Below, piece after piece: positions 1 through 10,694 of a stretch of 64,000 nucleotides of DNA (within the stretch, counting starts at the first letter, position 1; every line of letters starts with the position of its first letter). Origin of the DNA: Nitrospirota bacterium (lineage in GTDB: Bacteria; Nitrospirota; UBA9217). Under the pieces are notes generated by a model that saw only the letters and a program-made list of their open reading frames with translations, did not search any database and had not been told where the DNA came from. Where the stretch lies: assembly GCA_963751455.1 (NCBI GenBank), contig CAVVUN010000015.1, positions 448,001 through 512,000 on the forward strand, read 5' to 3'. A program made the translations under genes and the position numbers.

Positions 1-355
1 CTGCCTTGTCGGTATCGACCTGTTGGAGCAGTTTTTTCATTTCAGCCTGGAGCATTTCGCTGTTCACCAGGTGTGTCTCCACCGTCCGCGCGAGGGAACG
101 TATGATGTCCTTGTGCTTTTTGATCAAGACACCGGATCCGGGCAGGTACCACTTCTTTTCAAAGAGCATCGTAATGGCGATCTTGTTCGTGATGCCGCCT
201 ATGAACCCGCCCAGCAATACCTGTATCACGAGATCTAGCTGAGGGACGGCAATGCCGGAGAAAGATGCAATCAGCGTAAGCGCCAGGCAGGCGAATACGA
301 TAAGGATCAGACCGGAAGCTAGGCGATCTGTTAACCTGGAGTATAGATATTTCAT
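1..355 (-). CDS. DUF445/UPF0754-like membrane protein (runs off window start)
   Basis: Manual translation MKYLYSRLTDRLASGLILIVFACL...GGFIGGITNKIAITMLF...PGSGVLIKKHKDIIRSLARTVETHLV; GAGGA RBS upstream; absent from the ORF track because it is truncated. Confidence 0.75.
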   Translation of the reverse strand, partial: MKYLYSRLTDRLASGLILIVFACLALTLIASFSGIAVPQLDLVIQVLLGGFIGGITNKIAITMLFEKKWYLPGSGVLIKKHKDIIRSLARTVETHLVNSEMLQAEMKKLLQQVDTDKA

Positions 356-506
356 GAAGTTACCATCCTCTAATAGAGAGGGGAGAGGGAAGGTGTAATC
401 GAAGAGCAGCGCTTCTCCGACGCACATTACAGTTTCAAGTTTTTAGTTTTGAGTTGTCAGAAACACGTCGTTTGCCGCTTCCACACCCTGCCTTGGCGGG
501 AGCACT

Positions 507-896
507 CTAGGATTTGTCATCTTTATTCTTAAGCAACTTCTCAAGACCTGCGAATGGTTTGTACGTAGCGGCTGCTTCTTTTTCGCTTGCCGGTTTAGTC
601 TTGCCGAAAGATTCTTCATCGAGATATTCCTGGTGCTCATTGTCATGGCAATAAAGGCACAACAGCTCCCAGTTGCTGCCGTCAGGCGGGTTGTTGTCGT
701 GGTTATGGTCCTTGTGATGGACCGTGAGTTCACGAAGCTTCTTTCCGGCAAATTCCCGTCCGCACCGGCCGCAGATATGCGGATACATTTTGAGCGCCTG
801 CTCACGGTATTCCTTTTCCCGGGCTGTGCGATTGCGGCGTGCTTCGGCAATCAGCCGCTCCGTATCATTACCGTTCTGAGATTCGTTTTTTGTCAT
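507..896 (-). CDS. yajD: YajD-family HNH nuclease
   Basis: YREQALKMYPHICGRCGREF...LTVHHKDHNHDNNPPDGSNWELLCLYCHDNEH. Confidence 0.9.
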   Translation of the reverse strand: MTKNESQNGNDTERLIAEARRNRTAREKEYREQALKMYPHICGRCGREFAGKKLRELTVHHKDHNHDNNPPDGSNWELLCLYCHDNEHQEYLDEESFGKTKPASEKEAAATYKPFAGLEKLLKNKDDKS

Positions 897-1103
897 ACTT
901 TGCTCCGCTTACTTCGATATATACCGCAAAGCAGAATTAAATGATAACAAGGCTTTTTTATTGTTTTTTGAAATCTTTGTACATCTGCGAAATCTGCGGC
1001 TAATGTCCTTTTGTCGTTCTGAAAGGAGCACAATGGCGCACCTTGACGCATTTTGGAATCGGAGCTATGGTTTAATTGATAAAATTCTTAAAGGAGAATA
1101 CCT

Positions 1104-1346
1104 ATGAACCAGAGAACAGGTATGCTTGCAACAATATCGATCATCGCAGCTATTGCGAGCTATTTGCTCACGTTTTCAGGACACTGGGGCTTTGCAATTG
1201 TTGCCGCGGTGATTTCGATTCCCTTTGGCATCGGCGGTTTTGTCATGGCTGCTTCACCCCGGGTAAGCGGGGGTATTATGAGCATCATCTCGATTCTTCT
1301 CGGGGTTTTCGCAATCGGAATCGCGATTATGTCCATGGTTTTCTAA
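1104..1346 (+). CDS. Small hydrophobic membrane protein
   Basis: 80 aa, about 3 TM segments, AAGGAG RBS. Confidence 0.75.
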   Translation: MNQRTGMLATISIIAAIASYLLTFSGHWGFAIVAAVISIPFGIGGFVMAASPRVSGGIMSIISILLGVFAIGIAIMSMVF

Positions 1347-1368
1347 AGTTGTATCACGTGCTGTCCAA

Positions 1369-2355
1369 TCATGATGGGGCGGCAGCTCCGGCCCTGATAT
1401 GCATGAAGTATTCCGAGAGTTGCCGCTTTACATCGACGACCCGGGCAAGCTCATTTACTTTGGCCCTGAATTCCGCTCCGTCGGGCAGTCCCTTTGTGTA
1501 CCAGCACAGGTGCTTTCGCATCTCGCGTACACCAACCTCTTCCCCCACGAGTTTCACCATGTCATCCAGGTGGCGCATCATTACTTCTTCCCGCTCATCA
1601 AGTGCGGGAGGCAAGGGCGCAATGCCTGTTGCGAGATGCTCTTTTGCCTCACGGAATATCCACGGGTTTCCCTGGATCGCCCGGCCGATCATTACGCCGT
1701 CGCAGCCGGTTTCCATGAGCATGCGCTTCGCGTCGCTGCCCGAACGGACGTCGCCGTTCCCGATTACCGGAATCGTAATTGACTCCTTGACCAGTTTGAT
1801 CCCCGACCAGTCAGCCTGTCCGGAAAAACCCTGCGCTTTCGTCCGTGCGTGAACAGTTACTGCAGCGACTCCCATGGTTTCCGCTGCCTGTGCCATTTCA
1901 ACAGCAACAATGTTTTTCGCATCCCACCCCATCCGGATCTTGATTGTTACAGGAACGCGGGAAGCTTCAACCACGGCTGTCATGATTTCTTTTGCCAGGG
2001 GAATGTCGCGCAGGAGCTGCGAGCCGGACCCCGATTTGAGCACCTTGGGAACAGGGCACCCCATGTTGATATCGATAAAGTCGACTTCACCGCGCGAGAC
2101 AATTGCGGCTGCCTCTGCCATGGAGCGGGGCTTTGAACCGAAAATCTGGAACACGACCGGCCTCTCTGCCGGGTCCGTATGCAGCATCGTATGCGTATGC
2201 ATATGCTCGCGGATAAGCGCCTCGGCGCTCACCATTTCCGAGAAAAGCAGTCCGGCGCCCATTTCCCTGCAGAGCTTGCGGAAGGGAAAGTCGGTGATGC
2301 CCGCCATCGGCGCGAGCACCAGCGGATTCTCTTTCAGAATTTCACGGATCGACAT
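1369..2355 (-). CDS. dusB: tRNA-dihydrouridine synthase DusB
   Basis: LAPMAGITD, DINMGCP, VHART, IGNGDV, GVMIGR motifs; start MSIREIL chosen. Confidence 0.92.
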   Translation of the reverse strand: MSIREILKENPLVLAPMAGITDFPFRKLCREMGAGLLFSEMVSAEALIREHMHTHTMLHTDPAERPVVFQIFGSKPRSMAEAAAIVSRGEVDFIDINMGCPVPKVLKSGSGSQLLRDIPLAKEIMTAVVEASRVPVTIKIRMGWDAKNIVAVEMAQAAETMGVAAVTVHARTKAQGFSGQADWSGIKLVKESITIPVIGNGDVRSGSDAKRMLMETGCDGVMIGRAIQGNPWIFREAKEHLATGIAPLPPALDEREEVMMRHLDDMVKLVGEEVGVREMRKHLCWYTKGLPDGAEFRAKVNELARVVDVKRQLSEYFMHIRAGAAAPS

Positions 2356-2942
2356 GCGGGTATTATAACGCATGTCGAGAGAACAGGAAAGTTTTTTGAA
2401 CGAGGTGCCGGATGGAAAAACGGACAAACTCTTCACCACTTAGGACACTATTCGTGGTCTTCGTGTCCTCCGTGGCGAGGGTTAGTCAAATCAATTTTGA
2501 CTATTCTAAGCCTCTCTGTGCCTTCTCTGAATTTTGTGGCTAAAATTCTTCATGCTTTTATGTCTTCCTGGGTTTATCACAGGCGGAGCTATCAGCATCA
2601 ACTTCCTGCCGGGATGTTCACGATCTTTGTCTTTTTTCTGCACCGCCGTTCGCAGCGCCGCGCAGACATGACAGGTTATTTTCATCTTTACCTGTCAATA
2701 CAGCTGCCCATAGCGCTGAGCTTCGCACGCGCATGCATGATTTGCGATTTGCCGACTCTAGTCCCGGTCATGTAAAGCGCGGCCGCTGATCACGCCCTAC
2801 TCTCGCGCTGCGCACTCGAAGTCGTTGGGTGCAGGCGGGATGCAGGGGGTTCTGGAAAAGCAATGGCAAAAGGAGCGTGAACATCCAGAAGCAACCAGGA
2901 GATTCAGATTTTATTCTTGTTCTGCACATGCTCAAAACCGCT

Positions 2943-3377
2943 TTACTTCCTGAACACCTGGTGGCACTGGACGCAGCCGTCCAGGAGCTGCTTCGACAGT
3001 GTCAGCAGCTGCTTCTGATCGTTCAGCTGCCCGGCCTTTGCAAGGGCCTCGAGCTTCCCGTGGAACTGTTTGTCCATCTTTACGAAATCTGCCAACCGCT
3101 GGTTGTTCTTCGGCAGCTTTACCGACCCTGCATGAATGCCTTCGTGCGTCTTTTCCCTGCTGCCGTGCATCGACTCGAGCGCCCTATGAACTTTCGGCCC
3201 GTCTCCCAGCGCTACTGCAGAGACAACTTCCCGGAATGCGCTGTCCAAGGCCGTCATTTCCTCGATCAGCGGATTTGCTTCGCTGCCGTGAACATGGTTT
3301 TCGTGGGCGAGGAGGCTATTTTCCCTTGAAAGCAACAGAATAGCAAAGAACATTGAAACGCGAAGTATATTTTTCAT
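2943..3377 (-). CDS. Periplasmic class II (c'-like) cytochrome c
   Basis: Signal peptide, helical body, single C-terminal CVQCH. Confidence 0.8.
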   Translation of the reverse strand: MKNILRVSMFFAILLLSRENSLLAHENHVHGSEANPLIEEMTALDSAFREVVSAVALGDGPKVHRALESMHGSREKTHEGIHAGSVKLPKNNQRLADFVKMDKQFHGKLEALAKAGQLNDQKQLLTLSKQLLDGCVQCHQVFRK

Positions 3378-3424
3378 GGTGCCCTCCGTTTACCCCTTTA
3401 CAGGGTGATAGAAAAACCCGGATA

Positions 3425-3492
3425 TCATTGCGAGGAACGATTTTTGTGACGCGGCAATCTCGACGAGATTGCTTCCCTATGCTCGCAATGAC
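3425..3492. repeat. REP-like palindrome (TCATTGCGAG...GCAATCTC...GAGATTGC...CTCGCAATGAC type)
   Basis: Nested inverted repeats in intergenic DNA. Confidence 0.7.
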
Positions 3493-3602
3493 TGCGAAAG
3501 ACCTGTTCGCAAGGATGGGACGGATAAAAGACTTTTGCAATTTTGACATTATTATATTAATTATAGCGAAGAGGAAGCTGCAAAAAGGGATTCTATAAAA
3601 AG

Positions 3603-3634
3603 AAAAAACCCCGGTGACTTGCATCGCCGGGGCT
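3603..3634 (-). terminator. Intrinsic terminator of the rhodanese gene
   Basis: Minus strand CCCCGGCGAT-GCAA-GTCACCGGGG followed by a U tract. Confidence 0.75.
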
Positions 3635-3651
3635 AAAAAGGGGGAGTCCCT

Positions 3652-5058
3652 TTACTGCTTCTCGATTTTGTAGTTTCCGTCCTTGTCGATATCGAGCTTG
3701 GCGTTTACAAATTTGACGTTGTAGCCTTTTTCCTTGAGCTTATGGTAGGCCATTTCCGCACGCACCCCGGTTGAGCAATGCGTCACGATCACCTTGTCCT
3801 TCGGCAATTCCGAAGCACGGTCCACTATGTTTTCGTCAGGGATGTTCTTTGCGCCTTTGATCATGCCGGCACCAGCTTCATCCGTGTTCCGGACATCAAC
3901 AATGACTGCCTCGGGCCTGGTTCCTTCGGCAATTTTATTGAATTCCTCGATCGTTATTTCACCCGGCCGCAGCTTCGGCACGTAAACGATGGCCGCAGCA
4001 AGAGTTCCTGTTGCGACAGGATACGAGGCAGTCTGCCATGCGTCCATGCCGCCTGTAAGCAGGCTTACGCCGGTATAACCGGCTGCCAACAGCGACTTTG
4101 CAGCGGTCTTCGCAGAATCACCGCCGTTTTGGTCATAGATGATTATCGGGGGCTTCTTGTCTTTTGGCGGGAACTTAGCGATGTTGGCAGCGACGTCGGC
4201 AGCAGGCATTACTACGGCGCCCTTGATGAAGCCCTTTTGCGCTATTGCCGGCGGCCGCACATCGAGAAGCACAGCAGGAATCTCTTTATCGATAAAAGCT
4301 TCTTTCATTGATTGTACAGACAGTACCGTGTAGTTCTTTTTGGTCCATTCGGGAAGGCCTTCGTGGTACACCTTGACATTTGTATAACCGAGCTTTTCCG
4401 CCCGACCGGCGGAGTTAGGGCTCATTGCTCAGGTCATGCCCGCGCAGTAGTAGACGATGAGAGCGTTCTTGTCTTTGGGGAGTTTATCAACCATCTTTTC
4501 GAAGGCCGGGAACGGAATGTTGATGGCCGTAGGAATGGCGCCTTCCATGAATTTCGGCGCGGGCCGCGCATCGATCAGGAGATATTTGCCCTTCTCGGGA
4601 CCCTTGGCGACAAGCTTCTCTACATCCGCGGTGCCCAGGAGTTTTTCGGGCGCGACTTTGATGGGAGGCTTGGAAACGACGAGCGTTGCGAATTTTTTGC
4701 CGTCCTTCTCAGTGTACTCGACCCTGACCTCTTTCCCTTTCTTTATGGAACGCAGGGGCTCGTCCGGGTTCTCGGCCTGGACATTCCGGACCACGAGGGC
4801 GGCTTTATCGAACTTCAATATTTCGGTTGTTTCGTCGATCTTGATCTGTATCGACTGTGTTTTGTACGCTACGCTGTCGAAATTTCCCCGTAAACTTCCC
4901 GGCTGGGGAGTGTGACAGTTGCCGCAGACCTTGCCGATTATGGGCTTTGCCTGCGCGGCACCAGGTACGTTTTTGTCCTGGGCGCTTGTCTGGCTTATCG
5001 TTAAACTGAATACTAATGCTGCTCCAAATATGGTAATGCTTAAACCTTTTAACGACAT
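3652..5058 (-). CDS. Exported haem-c / triple rhodanese-domain selenoprotein (UGA at 4429-4431 read as Sec)
   Basis: ORFs 4429..5073 and 3652..4425 share a frame across one TGA: YYCAGMT*AMSPNSA; signal peptide, CGNCH, three rhodanese domains; AGGAGG RBS before ATG 5058. Confidence 0.85.
4390..4423 (-). promoter_or_regulatory. Candidate bacterial SECIS hairpin
   Basis: GAGC-CCUAAC-UCCGCC-GGUCG-GGCGGA-AAA-GCUC; apical loop begins 21 nt after the UGA. Confidence 0.7.
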
Positions 5059-5239
5059 CTTTTCCTCCTTCATTATTGTAAAAAAAAAGAAAAAAACTAC
5101 AACATAGGTCTTATTATAACTATAGATTTAGTATTGTCAACCAATATCTAATATCCTTAACAATAAGGGAATCATGTTTTTAAGTATGGAAAAAAGCTGT
5201 CCAATGACGGAGAATATATATTCCAAGGAGAGAAAATCC

Positions 5240-5268
5240 TTGACAATAATGGACTTATCTTATATATT
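5240..5268 (+). promoter_or_regulatory. Sigma70 promoter of the ffh operon
   Basis: TTGACA-17 nt-TATATT. Confidence 0.7.
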
Positions 5269-5297
5269 CAATATTCTTTTTCGGGGCGGTGTTTTCC

Positions 5298-6642
5298 ATG
5301 TTTGACTCCTTATCCGGCAAATTAGAGGCTGTTTTCAAGAAGCTCCGGGGCAGGGGCGTCCTTAAAGAGGATGATGTCAAAGAGGCCATGCGCGAAGTGC
5401 GCCTGGCGCTCCTCGAAGCCGACGTCAATTTCAAGGTCGTCAAGGACTTCATAGGCCGGGTCCAGGAACGGGCAATCGGCCAGGAGATCCTCAGCAGCCT
5501 TACGCCCGGCCAGCAGGTCATCAAGATCGTGCATGAAGAACTGGTGACCCTGCTCGGAACCACCGCGGCAAAATTGTACCTGTCGCCCAACCCGCCCACT
5601 GTTATTATGATGGTCGGATTGCAGGGCTCGGGCAAAACAACCACGGCCGGCAAACTGGCCAGGAACTTCAAGAAGGACGGCCGCAGGGTCCTCCTTGTTC
5701 CGGCTGACACGCGAAGGCCTGCAGCGGTCCAGCAGCTGGTAACCCTCGCAAAGCAGGTCGGCGTCGACGCGTACTCGTCTTCACAGACAGGACCCTGTAG
5801 TAATCTGCCGGGAGGCGGTGAAACAGGCCGCGTCGTCCTTGTACGAGATCGTCATCCTGGACACGGCCGGCCGGCTCCAGATAGACGAACCGCTGATGGA
5901 AGAACTCCGGCAGATCAAGGCCGGGGTAAAACCTCACGAGGTCCTGCTCGTGGCCGATGCAATGACCGGCCAGGAAGCGGTGAATATCGCCACGAAGTTC
6001 AATGCGGACCTGGGCTTCGACGGTGTGGTCCTTACCAAGCTTGACGGAGACGCCCGCGGCGGCGCAGCGCTGTCGGTCAGGGCCGTTACGGGCAAGCCGC
6101 TCAAGTTCGTGGGTATGGGCGAAAAGCTCGATGCCCTCGAAGCGTTCCATCCGGACCGGATGGCCTCGCGTATTCTCGGCATGGGCGACGTAATGTCGCT
6201 TATCGAAAAGGCGCAGGAGACCGTCGACCACGAAGAAGCGGTCAAGCTTGCAAAGAAGCTCAAGAAGAATTCATTCGACCTGGATGATTTCAGAAACCAG
6301 CTTAAGCAGGTGAAAAAAATGGGCGGTCTCGAATCGCTCATGGGCATGATTCCTGGCATGGGCAAGATGAAGCTGCCGGATGCCGACGTGAACGAGAAGG
6401 AACTGACGAAGGTGGACGCCATCATCAGTTCCATGACGCCGAAAGAGCGGGCGGACTACATGGTTATCAACGGGAGCCGGAGGGCGCGCATCGCAAAAGG
6501 AAGCGGCACCCAGGTCCAGGACGTAAACCGGCTTCTGAAGCAGTTTGCCGAGATGCGCAAGATGATGAAGTCCATGACCAGCGGCAAAATGGGCAAGATG
6601 GGTAAAATGGGCAGGATGTTCGGCGGAAGGATGCCGTTTTAA
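5298..6642 (+). CDS. ffh: Signal recognition particle protein Ffh (apparent frameshift near 5785, likely assembly error)
   Basis: ALLEADV and [10 protein letters not shown] in one frame; [15 protein letters not shown] and the M-domain in another. Confidence 0.93.
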
Positions 6643-6658
6643 GATAACCAAGAAAAGA

Positions 6659-6724
6659 TCCGCAGATTTAAAAATAGAATACGAGATTTGCACTTCATCG
6701 GCGAAATCTGCGCAATCTGTGGAT
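6659..6724. repeat. 9-nt-period palindromic repeat (CCGCAGATT / AATCTGCG family)
   Basis: Same family at ~975-1000, 12019-12275 and 63278-63363. Confidence 0.7.
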
Positions 6725-6769
6725 AAAGCAGTTAAGTCAGCTGGAATTGAAAACGAAAGAGGTGAACAA

Positions 6770-7036
6770 ATGTCAGTAAAGATCAGACTGAAGAGGATGG
6801 GCACCCACAAGAAGCCGTATTACCGGCTCGTGGTAGCCGATTCCCGGTCCCCGAGAGACGGCCGCTTTATCGAAATGGTGGGGACGTATGATCCGCTCAA
6901 GAAGCCGGCGGAGATCAAAGTCGACCAGACCAAGACCCTCGCATGGCTGAAAAAGGGCGCGATCCCCTCGGATACGGCGAGGACCCTGCTTTCGAAGGTC
7001 GGGGTCATGAAGCAGTTCGCTGAAGCAGCAAAGTAA
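6770..7036 (+). CDS. rpsP: 30S ribosomal protein S16
   Basis: [11 protein letters not shown]...[18 protein letters not shown]. Confidence 0.97.
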   Translation: MSVKIRLKRMGTHKKPYYRLVVADSRSPRDGRFIEMVGTYDPLKKPAEIKVDQTKTLAWLKKGAIPSDTARTLLSKVGVMKQFAEAAK

Positions 7037-7090
7037 TCAGTTTCGCGACTTTACGCGCATGCGCTATGCTGGTAACTGATTTTACGCGCC

Positions 7091-7594
7091 ATGCTCATTT
7101 CCATCGGCAGAGTGATTAAACCCTTCGGAGTCAAAGGCGAGATGAAAATCGAGCCAATGACCGATTTCCCCGGGCGCTTCAACGATCTCCGGCGTATTTA
7201 TCTGGTTTCGCCGAATGGCGCGGAGATCGAGTGCGAAGTACGGTCGGTTCGACATGCAGGCGTGGTTCCTATCCTTCTCTTTGCCGGCTATGATTCGCCC
7301 GAGAAGGCAAAGATACTGAACGGGTGGTTCCTTAAAGTGCCCCAGGAAGAGGCTGTCCCGCTCCCCGAAGGGACCTTCTACCAATATGAGTTGATAGGTA
7401 TGGAAGTCTTCTCCGAAAGCGGCGACAAACTCGGGAAGATCGTGGACGTGTTCGAGACAGGCAGCAACGACGTCTATGTAATGAAGCAGGGCAGTAAAGA
7501 GACGTATATCCCTGCCACCAAAGAAGTGGTGAAAAAGATTAACAAGGCCGAGAAGCGCATGATTATCCGCCTGATCGACGGCCTGATGGAGTGA
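7091..7594 (+). CDS. rimM: Ribosome maturation factor RimM
   Basis: IGRVIKPFGVKGE, FYQYELIG, TGSNDVY; synteny. Confidence 0.95.
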   Translation: MLISIGRVIKPFGVKGEMKIEPMTDFPGRFNDLRRIYLVSPNGAEIECEVRSVRHAGVVPILLFAGYDSPEKAKILNGWFLKVPQEEAVPLPEGTFYQYELIGMEVFSESGDKLGKIVDVFETGSNDVYVMKQGSKETYIPATKEVVKKINKAEKRMIIRLIDGLME

Positions 7595-7604
7595 ACCTGA
7601 AGAC

Positions 7605-7660
7605 GGATGCAGGATGCATGATACAGTCAGACGGTCATTCTCTATCCTGCATCATGGATC
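7605..7660. repeat. 7-nt-period palindromic repeat (GATGCAG / CTGCATC)
   Basis: Related array at 59669-59790. Confidence 0.6.
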
Positions 7661-7675
7661 GGGGCTTTTCCGGCA

Positions 7676-8431
7676 ATGCGAACATTGAATTTCGAGGTGC
7701 TCACCCTGTTCCCGGGCATGCTTCAGGGACCGCTGAACGAGAGCATCCTGAAGCGCGGCCGGGAAAAAGGTCTCCTGAATGTCGGTGTCCGGAACATCAG
7801 GGACTATACAGAAGACAAACATAAGACGGCCGACGACAGCCCGTACGGCGGCGGGGCCGGAATGGTCCTGAAGCCGGGTCCGATCTTCAAGGCGTTGGAA
7901 GCGCTTCGGGACGAACATCCCGGAGAAGAGTTTCTGACGGTCCTGCTTTCGCCCCAGGGAAGGATTTTCGACCAGCAAAGGGCTGAGCTGCTTTCCGGGG
8001 AAAAACGCACAATCATCCTGCTGTGCGGCCACTACGAGGCGATCGATGAACGGGTGATTGAATCGCTCGTGGATGAGGAGCTTTCGATCGGCGACTATGT
8101 GCTGACCGGGGGAGAACTGGCGGCCCTGGTCGTGATCGACGCAGCGGCGCGGTTGCTGCCGGGCGTTCTCGGAGATGAAGAGTCAGCGTACCGCGATTCT
8201 TTCGGCGACGGGCTGCTCGATCATCCCCACTATACACGGCCGGCCGAATTCCGGGGCATGAACGTGCCGGAAGTCCTTCTTTCCGGGAACCACGCGGAAA
8301 TTGAAAAGTGGCGGAGACGCGAATCGCTTAAGGCCACGCTGATAAAAAGACCCGACCTCCTTGAAACCGCCGACTTGACGGATGAGGACAGGGAGATAGT
8401 AGAGGAACTGAAGAAACAATTCAAATTGTAA
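7676..8431 (+). CDS. trmD: tRNA (m1G37) methyltransferase
   Basis: PYGGGAGMV, LSPQG, SIGDYVLTGGE, SGNHAEI. Confidence 0.97.
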   Translation: MRTLNFEVLTLFPGMLQGPLNESILKRGREKGLLNVGVRNIRDYTEDKHKTADDSPYGGGAGMVLKPGPIFKALEALRDEHPGEEFLTVLLSPQGRIFDQQRAELLSGEKRTIILLCGHYEAIDERVIESLVDEELSIGDYVLTGGELAALVVIDAAARLLPGVLGDEESAYRDSFGDGLLDHPHYTRPAEFRGMNVPEVLLSGNHAEIEKWRRRESLKATLIKRPDLLETADLTDEDREIVEELKKQFKL

Positions 8432-8507
8432 ATTGCAAATTGCAAAATGCAAACTGATACGGCCATTTCAATTTGAAATTTGAACTTTGCAATTTTCACT
8501 TTGCAAT
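8421..8507. repeat. 7-nt-period palindromic repeat (AAATTGC / GCAATTT)
   Basis: Tandem heptamers followed by their complement; related arrays at 25003-25040 and 36412-36510. Confidence 0.7.
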
Positions 8508-8534
8508 AATGTTTTCGAAATAGGGAGGTTTGCA

Positions 8535-8924
8535 ATGAACATCATACAGTCTTTGGAAAAAGCGCAGTTGAAAGAAGGCATCCCGAGCTTCCACGTGGGA
8601 GATACGGTCCGCGTTCATGCGAAGGTCGTCGAAGGAGACAAGGAAAGGATCCAGGTCTACGAAGGCGTTGTCATCGGCCGGCAGGGATCGGGCGCACGCG
8701 AGGTTGTGCGGGTCCGCAAGCTGTCCTATGGCGTCGGCGTGGAAAGGCTCTTCCCGCTCCATTCGCCGATGATCGATAAAATCGAGCTTGCGAAGCAGGG
8801 CAAGGTCCGGAGAGCGAAACTCTACTTCCTGCGTGACCTGCGGGGCAAGGCGGCTCGGATCAAAGAGAAAGAACGCGTTTATGCAGCGGTGGCAGGCGCT
8901 ACAACCGAACCAGAGCAGAAGTAA
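8535..8924 (+). CDS. rplS: 50S ribosomal protein L19
   Basis: [35 protein letters not shown]. Confidence 0.97.
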   Translation: MNIIQSLEKAQLKEGIPSFHVGDTVRVHAKVVEGDKERIQVYEGVVIGRQGSGAREVVRVRKLSYGVGVERLFPLHSPMIDKIELAKQGKVRRAKLYFLRDLRGKAARIKEKERVYAAVAGATTEPEQK

Positions 8925-9030
8925 CAAACTGCAAGGCACGCACATCGAAATCCTAAACGTGATCGGCATCAAACCGCATCTGTTTAGGATTTCGCATTTA
9001 ATTATTCGGATTTTTCAGTAAGAGGTTGTT

Positions 9031-9723
9031 ATGCCCCGTGGCCGGCCCAGCCGGAACAAACCGCATTCGAACCGTACCGGCGATCTGTTTGGCGACCAAC
9101 TGGCCTGCGATCCGCTCTGGTTTGAAGACCGGGCACGGCAATCGGGATATACATGCATAGCGGGGCTTGACGAGGCGGGGAGAGGCCCCCTGGCCGGTCC
9201 TGTGGTCGCAGCCGCAGTTGTTCTACCCGAGGGCCTGCTTATAGCGGGCTTGACCGATTCGAAACAGGTTACGGAACCCGAACGAGACCGCCTGTTTGAC
9301 GTTATCCGCACGGTCGCAATCTGCTACGGCATCGGTATCGTCGATGAACGGACGATCGATGAAGTCAATATCCTTCAGGCCAGCATCCTGGCTATGGAGC
9401 AGGCGCTGGAAGTCCTCGACCCCCGGCCGGATTACCTGCTCCTCGACGCCGTTACCCTACCGCGTGTGATGCTGCCGCAGAAGCCGCTTATCAAAGGAGA
9501 CAGCCGCAGCCACAGCATTTCTGCAGCGTCGATCCTCGCGAAAGTTACCCGTGACAGGCTGATGTGTGAATTACACGAAAAATTTCCCTTGTACAATTTT
9601 CATAAACACAAAGGATACGGGACCCGCGAACACATGGCCTTGCTCGAAAAGCACGGCCCGTGCGATGCTCACCGCAAGAGCTTCAGCCCGGTTTCCGAAC
9701 TGATCAGGGGCGGGACCAGGTGA
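9031..9723 (+). CDS. rnhB: Ribonuclease HII
   Basis: GLDEAGRGPLAGPV, DSK, ISAASILAKVTRD, KGYGT. Confidence 0.96.
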   Translation: MPRGRPSRNKPHSNRTGDLFGDQLACDPLWFEDRARQSGYTCIAGLDEAGRGPLAGPVVAAAVVLPEGLLIAGLTDSKQVTEPERDRLFDVIRTVAICYGIGIVDERTIDEVNILQASILAMEQALEVLDPRPDYLLLDAVTLPRVMLPQKPLIKGDSRSHSISAASILAKVTRDRLMCELHEKFPLYNFHKHKGYGTREHMALLEKHGPCDAHRKSFSPVSELIRGGTR

Positions 9724-10091
9724 GCCTCTTTAAGAAGCAGCTCGGCAAGGAAGGCGAAGACCATGCCGCGAAGTTTTTAACCAGGCGCGGGTACAAGATC
9801 CTCGAACGGAATTACCAGACCCGGAGCGGCGAAATAGACCTTGTCGCGCTGCATCAGGGATACGTGGTCTTTGTCGAGGTAAAAACGAGGACCAGTGACG
9901 CATATGGTGCTCCGGAGATGGCCGTGAATCCACGGAAGCAGCAGCGGATGATCAAGGCAGCGCTCGGCTATATCAAATACAAGAAGCTGCATCAGGTCCC
10001 CTGCCGTTTTGATGTGGTCGCGATCAGCGGCGCAGGGCAGGACGTCGAACTCATAGAGAACGCATTCGAGGTGGACAGGACGAATCTGTAG
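9720..10091 (+). CDS. yraN: YraN/UPF0102 family protein
   Basis: ILERNY, GEIDLVA, VFVEVKTR, RFDVV; GTG start overlaps the rnhB stop. Confidence 0.92.
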   Translation: MSLFKKQLGKEGEDHAAKFLTRRGYKILERNYQTRSGEIDLVALHQGYVVFVEVKTRTSDAYGAPEMAVNPRKQQRMIKAALGYIKYKKLHQVPCRFDVVAISGAGQDVELIENAFEVDRTNL

Positions 10092-10177
10092 TAGCAGTGT
10101 CAAAGAAAAAGCACCAAATGTCAAAGATTTTACTCCGACACTCTGATACTTTGATTTCTTGTTCTGAGGGGATTCCC

Positions 10178-10635
10178 ATGATCGACTTGCTAAAAAAGAT
10201 CCATCTGTTCGAAACTCTCACCGGACCCGAGCTGGAGAAGATACTCAAAATCTGCGTGAAGGAGACCTTTCCGAAGGACGCTGTTATCTTCAAGGAAGGC
10301 GAACCGGGGGACCGGTGCTACATCATTACGAGCGGCGCAGTCCGAATCAGCAAGTTCATTCCCAATATCGGGGAGGAAGCGCTGGCCGTTCTCAAAAGTA
10401 TGACTATTTCGGCGAGATGGCGCTGATAGACAATTTTCCGCGCTCGGCGCACGCGATTGTAAACGAAGACGCCGATGTATTCGCGATCAACAAGACCGAC
10501 CTCGACAAGATCCTTATAACCGACCATGAACTCGCGTACAAAATATTCTGGACCTTTACCAAGACGCTGTCGAGACGGCTCAGGGAAACGAATGAGAAAC
10601 TGGCAAGCTTTCTTGCCATGTCCGGCGGCTTTTAG
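10178..10635 (+). CDS. Stand-alone cyclic-nucleotide-binding protein (frameshift in an A-run near 10395)
   Basis: IFKEGEPGDRCYIITSGAVRI, then DYFGEMALIDNFPRSA in the next frame. Confidence 0.85.
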
Positions 10636-10694
10636 GATTGGCTGTTGTCAGGTCCCGAATGCGGTGGTATAGTGATCTTGCGTTTTTTTAATTC

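Noticed and set aside
2440-2940. Gene or riboswitch in the dusB-cytochrome spacer
   Set aside because: Only degenerate short-period repeats and unconvincing ORFs; no motif I can support.
5080-5097. Phase-variable poly-A tract upstream of the selenoprotein gene
   Set aside because: Interrupted run in an AT-rich divergent promoter region; homopolymer lengths are unreliable in this assembly.
5770-5800. Programmed frameshifting in ffh (also rimO, ychF)
   Set aside because: No slippery heptamer or stimulator is evident, and multiple unrelated genes are affected, which fits sequencing error.
7037-7090. Absence of a KH-domain gene between rpsP and rimM
   Set aside because: This gene is variably present across bacteria and no remnant is visible.
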